A DNA stretch of 64,000 bases from Octopus bimaculoides (GCF_001194135.2 NC_068995.1:38881692-38945691); one strand, 5' to 3'. Shown: positions 12,967 through 25,314, counted from the first letter of the stretch. Numbers and translations are program-made. Notes: generated from the letters alone by a model not told the origin.

Positions 12967-13852
12967 GAGGATTTAGGCATTGAATTATGAATGAAACGAT
13001 GAAACTGTGTACACAAAAATATGTTGTTTACTTTTCTTCAAAAACCAATTTATATACTGTATAAAAGGCAAGATAAAACTGGGTGTTAGTCTTAGAAAGG
13101 ATAACCTAAATGTCGCAAAGCTAAAGTCTGAAATGCGTTGTATAATAATTGGATGATTACTGAAATGAAACGAAAAGGAGAAAATTATAATTAAGCGGAT
13201 ACTTTCAAACCTAATTCATCGTCAGTTGTAAAGTGTATTTGATATCTTTGTCTATACATTTCAGTCATTATACTGCAGTCGTACGGGACCACATTCTTGA
13301 AGAATTTTAGTCGAAAATATCGTTACCAGTACGTACTGATTTTAAGCCTTCTACATATTCTGTAGGTCCTTTCTCGAACAGCAAATTTATTGGAAAGTAA
13401 AAACCTCAAAACTATTTCACAAACGGCGTTTGAGTAGAGACACAAAGATATTCACACACACACACATATATATGTATGTATATGGATACACGTGTAAGTA
13501 AATATATATATGCGTTTGTGTGTGTATATATATATATATATATTCAGCGTGGTGGTATCTCTTGATACCCTGTATTATAATTTTAAATAATTATTACCTT
13601 TGATGGTTTTTATTCCCATGCTGACCACTTGATAAGATCAATATTTTAAATATCGATCTTATCCTTATTTATATAAATATAATTTTATCAGTGTATTTAC
13701 TGCGCTGATATTCTGTCCGGATCGCACGAAAGGTTGTTTAGGCGGGCTATTTAAGCTAGTCGTGTGCATACGTGCATATATATGTATATATGCGTCCGTA
13801 TATGTAAGTATACTGTTTATATACATGTATTTGTATTTATGTACTGGAGTAT

Positions 13853-13894
13853 ATTCCACTGATGAAGGCAGAGCATTATTATTTATGCAAACCC
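13853..13894 (+). ncRNA. degenerate, gap-truncated hammerhead-like motif
   Basis: TTCCA-CTGATGA-AGGCA...TGC-AAAC runs into a gap. G12 of GAAA is missing, and stem III and the 3' strand of stem I are not visible. Confidence 0.25.
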
Positions 13895-14601
13895 NNNNNN
13901 NNNNNNNNNNNNNNNNNNNNNNNNNNNNNNNNNNNNNNNNNNNNNNNNNNNNNNNNNNNNNNNNNNNNNNNNNNNNNNNNNNNNNNNNNNNNNNNNNNNN
14001 NNNNNNNNNNNNNNNNNNNNNNNNNNNNNNNNNNNNNNNNNNNNNNNNNNNNNNNNNNNNNNNNNNNNNNNNNNNNNNNNNNNNNNNNNNNNNNNNNNNN
14101 NNNNNNNNNNNNNNNNNNNNNNNNNNNNNNNNNNNNNNNNNNNNNNNNNNNNNNNNNNNNNNNNNNNNNNNNNNNNNNNNNNNNNNNNNNNNNNNNNNNN
14201 NNNNNNNNNNNNNNNNNNNNNNNNNNNNNNNNNNNNNNNNNNNNNNNNNNNNNNNNNNNNNNNNNNNNNNNNNNNNNNNNNNNNNNNNNNNNNNNNNNNN
14301 NNNNNNNNNNNNNNNNNNNNNNNNNNNNNNNNNNNNNNNNNNNNNNNNNNNNNNNNNNNNNNNNNNNNNNNNNNNNNNNNNNNNNNNNNNNNNNNNNNNN
14401 NNNNNNNNNNNNNNNNNNNNNNNNNNNNNNNNNNNNNNNNNNNNNNNNNNNNNNNNNNNNNNNNNNNNNNNNNNNNNNNNNNNNNNNNNTATATATATAT
14501 ATATATTCCTCGGATGAAATTTATATACATTTAATGCATTGCTATGCACATTTCCACAAAACATGTCTCTTGAGATCAGTCCGTATTCCTGTGACACTTA
14601 C

Positions 14602-14668
14602 ATTGCAGCCCGTTGTATCCGTGGATTGATCGTCTTCATGAATTCATTCCTCCAAGCAATATCGCATT
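14602..14668 (-). CDS. candidate internal exon B (E|CDIAWRNEFMKTINPRIQRAA|M)
   Basis: Perfect donor |GTAAGT and weaker acceptor CCTGTTTTGTACATGCAAG|; 67 nt, phase 1 to 2. This is the only frame open across the exon. Confidence 0.3.
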
Positions 14669-15234
14669 CTTGCATGTACAAAACAGGGATTTTTATCCCG
14701 CTTTACAAGTATGGAGGTAAGGCATTTTATGGGGTATTTCTGTGTGTATTTGGTGGGGTGGAGGTAGATGGCGGAAATAGATAAAGTAATGGTAGTTATA
14801 TGAGGATGAAGGTGTGTGTGGTGATGTTCGACTTATCTTGGTATTCTTTCAACAGATGTTAAGGGTGGGTTGTACATTCTTTGGTTTGGTTTCATTTAAG
14901 GCATGATTATCTACAATAAATTCTGAAGTCAACAGGTAATTTGGTGCTGCTACTATTTGTCACTTGATGTTATCTTGACTGAATTGATAAATGATACTTT
15001 CTCATGGTGACCTGCTCATTGCTTCTGGAGGTATAGTGTATACCATATTGCATATTGGTTGGGTTGTTTATTTGCTTGGGTTCGTTCCGTTCTATACTGT
15101 GTTATTTTGTTTCAAATTATTCTTTTCAGATTCCAGAAATGAAGTTCTATATTTACTTGACATGATCAGCTTAGAGTGCGTATTTATCACGTTTTCTCCT
15201 GATGTCATGATTCTTCTGGACATACGTTGCATAC

Positions 15235-15358
15235 CTGTGATATTCTGTTCAATGGTGCAGCAAGAAAATGGCGATACCATGGAAAACCATCTGCGCAGCC
15301 ATCTCTGGTCATTTTCAAATATAAATAAAAAATATTCCACATCTCTATCGAACCTCGT
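15235..15358 (-). CDS. candidate internal exon A (TRFDRDVEYFLFIFENDQRWLRRWFSMVSPFSCCTIEQNIT)
   Basis: Acceptor TGTTTGAGATTTCAG| and donor CAG|GTATGC; 124 nt, phase 0 to 1. It lies within ORF 15092..15370, and a second frame is also open. Confidence 0.33.
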
Positions 15359-15424
15359 CTGAAATCTCAAACAGAATGGAGTGGAACATACGAATCACTG
15401 GTCCATTATAAAAAAAAAAAAGTG

Positions 15425-15582
15425 GTGGCTTCATTCAGTTTCCGTCAACCAGATTCACACAGCAGCATATGGTCGGCCAGACGCTATAGTAGTAAACATT
15501 CGCCCAACGTGCCCACTCAGTAGAAATGAACCTGGGAAAAGGTGGTTTGAAAGACAATGTCATACCACACAGCTACCCCTAC
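15425..15582 (-). mobile_element. SINE (OR-like family), 5' half
   Basis: Minus strand GGTAGCTGTGTGGTA...CTACTATAGC...GGCCGACCA...GACGGAAACTGAATGAAGCC, matching the 41.1 kb copy. Confidence 0.75.
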
Positions 15583-16067
15583 ACATATATCAATATAAAG
15601 AAATTCATTCACTCTCATTTTTCTGCTTTCAGTTCTATAATAGAAATACTTGTTTATAATACAGGTAGTAAACTGATTACGTTTGTTATGTATATCTTGC
15701 GGAAGACATTGAAATACTGTTTTTGATCAAATACACCCACATGATTAATATATCTTTTGAATAAGATAAGACATGTCAAATACTGATTTTAATTAGTATT
15801 ATCATACGTAGCCCTAAAGAAATTATTTCTTTCAACAAGAAAATTTATAAGAAACAAAGACCAAACAATGTAATAACAAATTAGTAATTACTTGAAATTG
15901 TCGACAAGAAACTACATCATTCCGGAAAATTCTGTTTATAAAACTATATAAAAAGCAGCAAAGCAAAACAGGACATCGATTCAGGTAGTATTATGCACAT
16001 ACACACATACAGACACCGGCACACTCACATGCACACAAATAAACACACAAATAAGCGTGTATGTCTG

Positions 16068-16098
<31 letters not shown>

Positions 16099-16243
16099 AT
16101 NNNNNNNNNNNNNNNNNNNNNNNNNNNNNNNNNNNNNNNNNNNNNNNNNNNNNNNNNNNNNNNNNNNNNNNNNNNNNNNNNNNNNNNNNNNNNNNNNNNN
16201 NNNNNNNNNNNNNNNNNNNNNNNNNNNNNNNNNNNNNNNNNNN

Positions 16244-16280
<37 letters not shown>

Positions 16281-16289
16281 TTCTGAGGA

Positions 16290-16810
16290 GGATACATAGT
16301 GTTACCCGAGTATGACCTTCAGGAGTATATTTGGTAATATATTAAACTGATTTTACAGACATACATTTCTATACATTACAATGACATCCATATTTCACTA
16401 GAAAGAAGGGTTAATATGGTACTACTGAACAATTATCTAATGCAACATTAGACATTGCAAATAATATATTTTCCTGAAAGTCTCTAGCGAAATGTTGTTT
16501 ACATTTCCCATTAAGCGCAGATGTTGCAGAGGGTTTATCACATCCACATGGACCATGTAGTATGCTTTTAGTGACAGTTTGATACAGAATTGGTTGTGTT
16601 TGTGGATTTGGATGTTCTGCATAAACAAATTTATCGTAATATTCTAGATATTTTTCTTAATATGAACAACATATGACAATGAGGTAGTCCACACTTTTGA
16701 AGCTCTATTGTCCACATGTATCCTGCAACCTCTCCCAAAACCTTCTTCAAAATGGCATGCAAGAGTCCCCTAAGTTTCATATTAAATGCATCTGCATTGT
16801 GGTCATGTGT
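16290..16810 (-). mobile_element. Helitron Rep (HUH endonuclease) pseudogene fragment
   Basis: Minus translation gives GYMWTIELQKCGLPHCHML (the IEFQKRGLPHxH HUH motif), DKFVYAEHPNPQTQPILYQTVTKSILHGPCG...NGKCKQHFARDF, and DNCSVVPY*PFFLVKYGCHCNV*KCMSVKSV*YITKY (the YLxKY motif). Stops are present. Confidence 0.9.
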
Positions 16811-18149
16811 CTAATGTTTCGTATAAGAATGTGATCGCTTGTGACTGACTTCTCGCTCATGTCACCTTCCTTAATACTATCTCGTTGTCTCATCAATTAC
16901 ACTATTCTTATCTATCCGCGGTATGCATGACTAAGTTATATAAGGACATGCATTACACATTGTATACCTCAGTAAGAATTTCGAGTTAGAATCCCAAACG
17001 GATTGCGCAACAGGGCAGTTGATTTCCATAACAGCCACAATCGACTCACAGAAACGTGCATATGTAATATAAAGCTCAATATTCCAATTACCTTTCCATC
17101 GTTTATTATTCATATGTAATCCGGTGTGAGCTCCACACACTAAGTTTTCCACAGATATCATTGTTGTCATTAGACCATACATCGAGTCGAAAAATTCTAG
17201 TATCGTGTACTTTCATATATGATGCACTGAACGACTACTTGAGTCATGATTGTTCTTTTCTCAGGTCATTATTTCCCCACATCTGATTTTTCCTTAAGAG
17301 AGTATATGCTCGAAACATAAAAGTCTAATATTCACGGGCGTAAATCTAATATACTCATTTTTTTTACATCGTATCTGTGAATTATTTATTCATATGGTAT
17401 TCATACGCACATACGCGTATGTGGGTGTGTGTATGTTTAGAGAGAATGGGAAAGGGGGATGATATAATCATAACTTTTATCTTACAAGGCAATGCAGTTC
17501 CGGTGGTGATGTCCACATTTGGAAAACTTGACTGGTGTGTAGAGGAAATATACTCTATAGACACTGCCACAAATATAGTGACATTGAAAAAAGAAAACGA
17601 ACGTTCTCACTGAAATATAATGAATTCTCTTTACTAAATGCACAAATCGGCTCAAAGAATGCAGATGGAACGTTGCTCTCAAAACATCTGGCATATTCAA
17701 ACATCAGGTTTGAGGCAGACGAGAAGGATACGTACCGTCATAGAGGCTAGCTGACCTGCTGATGAGAATATCAACTTGGAATTGTAAAATTAAGAGGATA
17801 ACTGTACACAACTGCACCAAAACCACTAGCTGTTATATCCGGGAAATAAATTCACATACCAATAAGTGGTGCTTTTGACTTGGAGTGGAAATACTTAAGT
17901 GAAAATTTGGACCATGTAAGGTTTCAAAAACGCAGTGAAGCAGCTTTCGCACGTTATAAATACAAGCTCTACGCGAAACCATAAAAAATATACAAGACTT
18001 TGTCAGGTTAAAATGTAAATTTGCTATTGTTATCAACATTCCAGGTCTGGAGATTTGTATATTTGTTAGAAACTACTTCCCTCCACAGACTATTAAAAGC
18101 AGAGGAGTACGTACATACATGAATACTATCAGTGGACAGGTACACACAT

Positions 18150-18234
18150 ACACACACAAATATATATACATATAAATATTTATATATATATTCATATATA
18201 TATATACATGTATGTATATATATATATATACATG

Positions 18235-18323
<89 letters not shown>
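18150..18323. repeat. (AT)n microsatellite running into a gap
   Basis: Direct inspection. Confidence 0.95.
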
Positions 18324-19832
18324 NNNNNNNNNNNNNNNNNNNNNNNNNNNNNNNNNNNNNNNNNNNNNNNNNNNNNNNNNNNNNNNNNNNNNNNNNNNNN
18401 NNNNNNNNNNNNNNNNNNNNNNNNNNNNNNNNNNNNNNNNNNNNNNNNNNNNNNNNNNNNNNNNNNNNNNNNNNNNNNNNNNNNNNNNNNNNNNNNNNNN
18501 NNNNNNNNNNNNNNNNNNNNNNNNNNNNNNNNNNNNNNNNNNNNNNNNNNNNNNNNNNNNNNNNNNNNNNNNNNNNNNNNNNNNNNNNNNNNNNNNNNNN
18601 NNNNNNNNNNNNNNNNNNNNNNNNNNNNNNNNNNNNNNNNNNNNNNNNNNNNNNNNNNNNNNNNNNNNNNNNNNNNNNNNNNNNNNNNNNNNNNNNNNNN
18701 NNNNNNNNNNNNNNNNNNNNNNNNNNNNNNNNNNNNNNNNNNNNNNNNNNNNNNNNNNNNNNNNNNNNNNNNNNNNNNNNNNNNNNNNNNNNNNNNNNNN
18801 NNNNNNNNTATATATATATATATATATATATATGGGAAAAAGAAGAAATGGGAGAAATTAAAATGCAGGCATCAGTTTATTCAAAGATATTCAAAGCCAT
18901 AAAATGAAATTCCAATCCTACAGCCGTTTCCATAACCAATTATTTAAATTACAGAAATTAAATCAAATTAAATTTGGCTAGAAAAATTATTTTGATCTTA
19001 TATTCTAGGAGACGTCTCTTAGATAATAAAATGGAGACTAGTTTTTCATGTGTTCATGTATGTAAATGAACTCTTAAAAGCTACCATTAAATATATAAGC
19101 ATCATCGATGATAAGCGTTTGTTAAAACAGGAAATTAGTTGTAATACTGATCAACAAAGTATATAATGTAATATAAAAAAATGTAATTTAATATAATATA
19201 ATACAGTATAATATTCTAATTAAACGTTGTAGATGGACATTATGTTTTCTATACGTGGCAATGTATTGGTATTTTACAATAGATTCAATTAAGCAGGAAT
19301 CTCATAAGTATATCGTTGAAATTTTTATGAAATTTATAAAACAAAATTCAGGATAAAACATATCTTAGTATTAATAACAACTTCAGTGTACTTAGTTTTA
19401 GTATAAAAAGTAGCTATAAATAATATCTGGTAATATCTAGTTTTTGCTTTTGTTGCAAAGTTTATATTGGCTGTAGATTTACACATAAATATTGATGACG
19501 CAACACGATTATTTGGCAATTAACTAGCAGTTTTGAGACGCCGTATATTTGTTTTCTTCGGTATTTTAACAAACGCATGCACTATTACTTCTTGAATGTT
19601 AAAACTCTTTCTCACTACTCTCGCTCTCTCTCTCAATCTACCCATCTTTCTCGCTCACGCTTTAAGCATTCTCTCTTACCTTAAGACATCTTTTTCGCCC
19701 TAACTACCAAACCACCATCATTCAAAATAATTACGTGTTACATATGAACGTGTACAATTATATCAAACGTATTTGTTAATACATACAGTGTGACCTCCTC
19801 CAACAGAAAAAAAAAGTAAACAGAACTCATAT

Positions 19833-19890
19833 AGCGTAGTGGTTAACAGCGTAGCCAAGATTCCGAGTTCGTTTCCAAGCATTGACCTGA
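19833..19890 (+). mobile_element. tRNA-like SINE head (Pol III A and B boxes)
   Basis: AGCGTAGTGGTTAA (A box) ... GAGTTCGTTTCC (B box) ... GACCTGA, then an AAT-type tract. The anticodon arm is partly deleted. Confidence 0.65.
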
Positions 19891-19929
19891 TTAATAAAAA
19901 TAACAATAATAATAAAAATAAAATAGAAA

Positions 19930-20251
19930 AGTTCCATAATTAAATTTGGTGAACACACTATTTCGCTATCTCACGTACCTTCAACAGGTTCGAAATTTGG
20001 TATGTCAGTCTACTTCATTTTTTTATAGATAATATAGGACTGCTATATTAGTATGTCAGTCTACTTCCAGAGGAGTCATAGCAGTCCTATATTATCTATA
20101 AAAAAATGAAGTAGACTGACATACCAAATTTCGAACCCGTTGAAGGTATTTGAGATAGCGAAAAATTGTGTTCAGCAAATTTAATTATGGAACTCTTCTT
20201 CTTTATTTACATATTCCCTCCAGAGGAGTCATAACAGCCCTATATTATGTA
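19930..20251. repeat. 117-bp inverted repeat with 31-bp templated spacer, plus a 153-bp-period direct repeat
   Basis: Arms 19930-20046 and 20078-20194, 6 mismatches by eye. Spacer 20051-20067 copies 20000-20016. Segment 20068-20098 matches 20221-20251 at 28/31. Confidence 0.92.
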
Positions 20252-20252
20252 T

Positions 20253-20291
<39 letters not shown>

Positions 20292-20298
20292 TATAATA

Positions 20299-20363
<65 letters not shown>

Positions 20364-20415
20364 GATAATTTTAGTAATAATAATAATGATGATAAGGATG
20401 ATGATGATGATGATA
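20252..20415. repeat. (AAT)n/(GAT)n microsatellite
   Basis: Direct inspection. Confidence 0.95.
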
Positions 20416-20465
20416 ACATCGAAAAATACCTTAAGAATGAGAACCCAAGTTCAAAATTTCCCCAA

Positions 20466-20511
20466 GACACCTGATGAAGCTTGGAGTGTATATCAGCTGA
20501 AACGTTGTGTT
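20466..20511 (+). ncRNA. type I minimal hammerhead ribozyme (Penelope-like-element type)
   Basis: GACAC (stem I 5') - CTGATGA - AGCT[13 nt]AGCT (stem II) - GAAA - CGTT (loopless palindromic stem III AACGTT; cleavage triplet GUU) - GTGTT (stem I 3'). Confidence 0.75.
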
Positions 20512-20584
20512 AACAACAAAGATGAGGTCAAATATCTGTCAAATGTAAATGTAAATAATGCATATTTATTTGTGTGTTCATTTA

Positions 20585-21495
20585 TGCGTTTCAGCCCTGA
20601 GACTGTGGTCATGCTGGGGCACCGCCAGTGTATTCACCTTTTCAATGACCAATCATATGTGATTGGCTTTTGGTGGAGGCTGGAGTTGGATACTGCTGTC
20701 CTCTTTAGAGTCTTCTGCCTTGGTATTGATTCATCTGGGTCCTTGCATAGCAAGAAGTCAAATTGTTTCTTGACAACAACTACACCATCTGTATGAATAT
20801 TCCTAAGATGTTTTGGCGAGGCGTTAAATAGTTGTGGGCTCTTAAACACCAAGCTATAGCAGAACATGCGCTTCACTCTAGATGAGACAGTTGAGAAATT
20901 TGGAAGAGTGCAGTGACGTCCATTTCGGGGTTTGGTACAGTTCTCGATTCCAGAGTTTGGTGCCAGCCACTCCAGTATCTTCCACGCGTATATCACTGCA
21001 TACCTCTCACGTCTTCACTACAGGAAGTAGATTCGTAGCTCTTTCAATTTCTCCCACTGGCTCAGCCGTTCTATTGATGTAACGTTACTGAACTATTTCA
21101 GTTTCCGCGATTAATCTGACTAATGTTGAGAGCTGTATTCCAGACCGCTGAGGACAAACGTCCTCCATAAAACCAGCGTAGATTCCTGGTCCCTTGTTCT
21201 AGCGTTTCTCAGAATCCATCCGTCCATTCGCCTGCACACTGCCACCATCTTGGTGATACGTGCTTAAAACAAGGCATCGTTGCTCGTATCTATCTCGAGA
21301 TAAGGAACCATATGTAATTCTGAGATTGCCGCTCCTTTTGGTCCAAAGTATCGTTGTCCTGATTTCTGAGCAATAATTTGTAGCGGTAAGCTTGAAATTT
21401 GCCTGCTTTAAATTTTATGGTATTTTCACTAGCACATTAATATATGGCATGTCGGCCTTTCTGTAGATTAGCATCAGAAGGTTCTTGAAGGCATA
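20585..21495 (-). mobile_element. CR1/L2-group LINE, 3' fragment of ORF2 plus 3' tail
   Basis: Minus translation IYAWKILEWLAPN...KSPQLFNASPKHLRN...KKQFDFLLCKDPDE, typical of the post-RT C-terminus. Homologous to 43.5-44.4 kb. Tail GGCGGTGCCCCAGCATGACCACAG...CTGAAAC. Confidence 0.85.
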
Positions 21496-21525
21496 TACAT
21501 ACACACAAATACATGCATATATACG

Positions 21526-21612
<87 letters not shown>

Positions 21613-24269
21613 ACATNNNNNNNNNNNNNNNNNNNNNNNNNNNNNNNNNNNNNNNNNNNNNNNNNNNNNNNNNNNNNNNNNNNNNNNNNNNNNNNNNNNN
21701 NNNNNNNNNNNNNNNNNNNNNNNNNNNNNNNNNNNNNNNNNNNNNNNNNNNNNNNNNNNNNNNNNNNNNNNNNNNNNNNNNNNNNNNNNNNNNNNNNNNN
21801 NNNNNNNNNNNNNNNNNNNNNNNNNNNNNNNNNNNNNNNNNNNNNNNNNNNNNNNNNNNNNNNNNNNNNNNNNNNNNNNNNNNNNNNNNNNNNNNNNNNN
21901 NNNNNNNNNNNNNNNNNNNNNNNNNNNNNNNNNNNNNNNNNNNNNNNNNNNNNNNNNNNNNNNNNNNNNNNNNNNNNNNNNNNNNNNNNNNNNNNNNNNN
22001 NNNNNNNNNNNNNNNNNNNNNNNNNNNNNNNNNNNNNNNNNNNNNNNNNNNNNNNNNNNNNNNNNNNNNNNNNNNNNNNNNNNNNNNNNNNNNNNNNNNN
22101 NNNNNNNNNNNNNNNNNNNNNNNNNNNNNNNNNNNNNNNNNNNNNNNNNNNNNNNNNNNNNNNNNNNNNNNNNNNNNNNNNNNNNNNNNNNNNNNNNNNN
22201 NNNNNNNNNNNNNNNNNNNNNNNNNNNNNNNNNNNNNNNNNNNNNNNNNNNNNNATATATATATATATATATATATATATAATGTTGTGAGATTGATAAA
22301 AGCAGTCTCCATGTATGTGTATACGTGTATACGACAGCAGCATCCGATGTACTAGGAGACAATGTTAGTATGTGAGTAAACACACATGTGCGCACGGACG
22401 CACATCCACACACACAGACACACACAGACACACACATATATATGTATATATACATAACCACTAAATTATATATATATAACCACTAAATTATCCGTAGTAA
22501 TTTAGTTCAACTTGCAATGAAGTCTCCGTATTAATTGGTTGCTGTCTGCCGTCTTTCTCTGTAACTACCTAACTAAAATGGTATAATTATACGTATACCT
22601 GTTTTCATGTGTGGGTGTAAATTTGTGTATATAATTACATAAATATATGCGTGAATATCGGTGCATTTGTATAAATTGTTGTGTTAGGTCCTATGAATAA
22701 GGTTTTCCTACATTAAATTCAATCGAATAGCATTGAACATTTTTGCGTACCTTAATAGACTGATAATTCTAATTCAAATTTTTCAAATTGTCAATATAAC
22801 AATCAGATTCTATGTTGAGTATATGTTATTTTATGGGATAAATATATAAGAAAGAAAGGAAAGGGGCGCAATGTACCTTAATATGATATGTCGTTTGGAA
22901 GAAAGCAAGGAGGGAAGAACAGCAAAATAATTGTACCTTTGCCTTTCCATTAGTATTTTATTTTCTCCAGGTTTTTCTTATTTAACCTTTCCTCTGTTCC
23001 CTGTATTACACACACGCACACACACACGCACACACACAAACATACATATACACACACACAAACACATATACAGACACAAGCGCATACACAAACACATACT
23101 CAGGTATGTGTATGTGAGTATATAAAATCATGTCTATCTGCCTGCTTTGTGTACATGCAAGAGAGTTAGCTTTTGGATTCAACAGTTTGACCACCGGAAT
23201 TTATCATTGTATATCTCTGAAAATTAACAGATTGACATAGATAGATGTACAGAATATAAACCAAATTTAAGATATAGAACTCAGTGGAAATGTTTAACTA
23301 AATACTTCAGGAGATTGACCAGAATGAGTGCAGAGCAATGACAGAAGCAAGTACAGAATGAAACAAATTTGTATGTGTATTTGTGTGCACTTTATATAAA
23401 TATACAAACACAGACACCTTCAGATTCATACAAACACAGACACATTCAACAAAACAAACATGAGATAATATTGAAGATTTCACATTCGATACCCGAGAAG
23501 GTTTAGCAAACACTTGATGATGACTACGTACTACTCAGAAAGAGAAGGGAGACAATTTTTAAAAAGGAAAATTATTCAAAGATGACATACCATTAAGGCG
23601 ATTATCAGATTATCTTTAAAACAAGGACAATCTTAAACGCGTTTTTCATCTTCAATATATATCATCGGCAATGCAATTCGTCAACATTGTCTTCTTCAGA
23701 AGATACACGTAACAACAAGTAGAACACGTTTTTGGCTTACAAACTTTGCATGAACAAACCAAAAATGATGTAAGAAACATAAGAATGATGGCTAAATGTA
23801 AATTTAATATACTTTGAGAGTAATGTTTGGTTTATACAAAAAACGTACAAGCATTAACGGTTCACCATGTGAGTGTACTCTCTCTTTAAATATAAATGTG
23901 TATATATANNNNNNNNNNNNNNNNNNNNNNNNNNNNNNNNNNNNNNNNNNNNNNNNNNNNNNNNNNNNNNNNNNNNNNNNNNNNNNNNNNNNNNNNNNNN
24001 NNNNNNNNNNNNNNNNNNNNNNNNNNNNNNNNNNNNNNNNNNNNNNNNNNNNNNNNNNNNNNNNNNNNNNNNNNNNNNNNNNNNNNNNNNNNNNNNNNNN
24101 NNNNNNNNNNNNNNNNNNNNNNNNNNNNNNNNNNNNNNNNNNNNNNNNNNNNNNNNNNNNNNNNNNNNNNNNNNNNNNNNNNNNNNNNNNNNNNNNNNNN
24201 NNNNNNNNNNNNNNNNNNNNNNNNNNNNNNNNNNNNNNNNNNNNNNNNNNNNNNNNNNNNNNNNNNNAG

Positions 24270-24690
24270 TACATCCAGGTGCTTTGTATGCCAGTTGGGA
24301 GGCACTTGTGGCCTTGTAAAGCAGTACTTGATTTTTTTTTTGCATTGAACTCCCTATTATTTTGCCCTGCCCACTTGTATATTGCATTTAGGTCAATCTG
24401 CAGGCTCATGATATCATCAGGATTCTTTATTGCCTAAGATAGTTTTGTGTCATCAGCGTAGCTAGTGACAATGGCTCTTCCAGTGGGCATGTCCAGAAGG
24501 GCCACTATGAATAGTAGTGGCCCCAGGACAGTTCTTTGCGGAACACCGCTCAATATTTGCGTTTCCCTAGATAGTTCTCCATTGGCTGCAACTATCTGAT
24601 TTCTACGATTCAGGAAGTCACGCAGCCATTCTCCTAATGGATATATTGTACTGCAAATCCATAGGAATCCCTTCCGCAAATTTAGCAATT
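24270..24690 (-). mobile_element. CR1/L2-group LINE reverse transcriptase fragment
   Basis: WLRDFLNRRNQIVAANG...SGVPQRTVLGPLLF...SYADDTKL...LQIDLNAIYKWAGQNNREFNAKK. Confidence 0.9.
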
Positions 24691-25314
24691 GATTACCGGC
24701 ACACACACACACACACTCCTTTGTCTAGACTTTATTTAACCGAAACAATTCTGTATGAGGCTGATTGTTAGTACGATGTGAACAGTGTGGCATAAGACGT
24801 AGAGACATTTAAATGTCAAATAGCCTTTATGCGGTGTATGACATATTTGCTACATATAATAGTCCAGCTTTCTAGTTTCAGAGTCATGAAATGCCTAGTG
24901 TAATTGTAAAAGTACTGGTTTATTACCATTCCCCTATTTGACTGCTTCCTTAGATGAAGAACCGTCTTACCAGTCACGTTCTTCACAGATTTCTGGTGAG
25001 GTAAACACTCTGGAAACCACAGGCGACTTTTACATTACTTCAGCTTTGGAATATTAAACATTTGCGATATTGAAATGCCATCAATTTCATTGGTTTAGGC
25101 ACTTGCAATATGTGTTGTATGCTGGGAATGGTATGATTCTCTGCTCTTCTATAGGGTTATTTCCTATGTTAATGTGCCGTATGTTGGATGTCATTGACAT
25201 CCTTAATCATCAATGCAGAAATTAATATAATTTCAGGCATCTTTTTCATAATTTTCCCACCTTAATTTTCATTCTGTGTTCTTCGATATCATTTCCTAAT
25301 TTTTGTTAGTTTTC

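Noticed and set aside
14991-15362. 123-aa hydrophobic plus-strand ORF resembling a membrane protein
   Set aside because: Starts at a non-ATG codon, has T-rich compositional bias and no recognisable family; the splice signals favour the minus strand.
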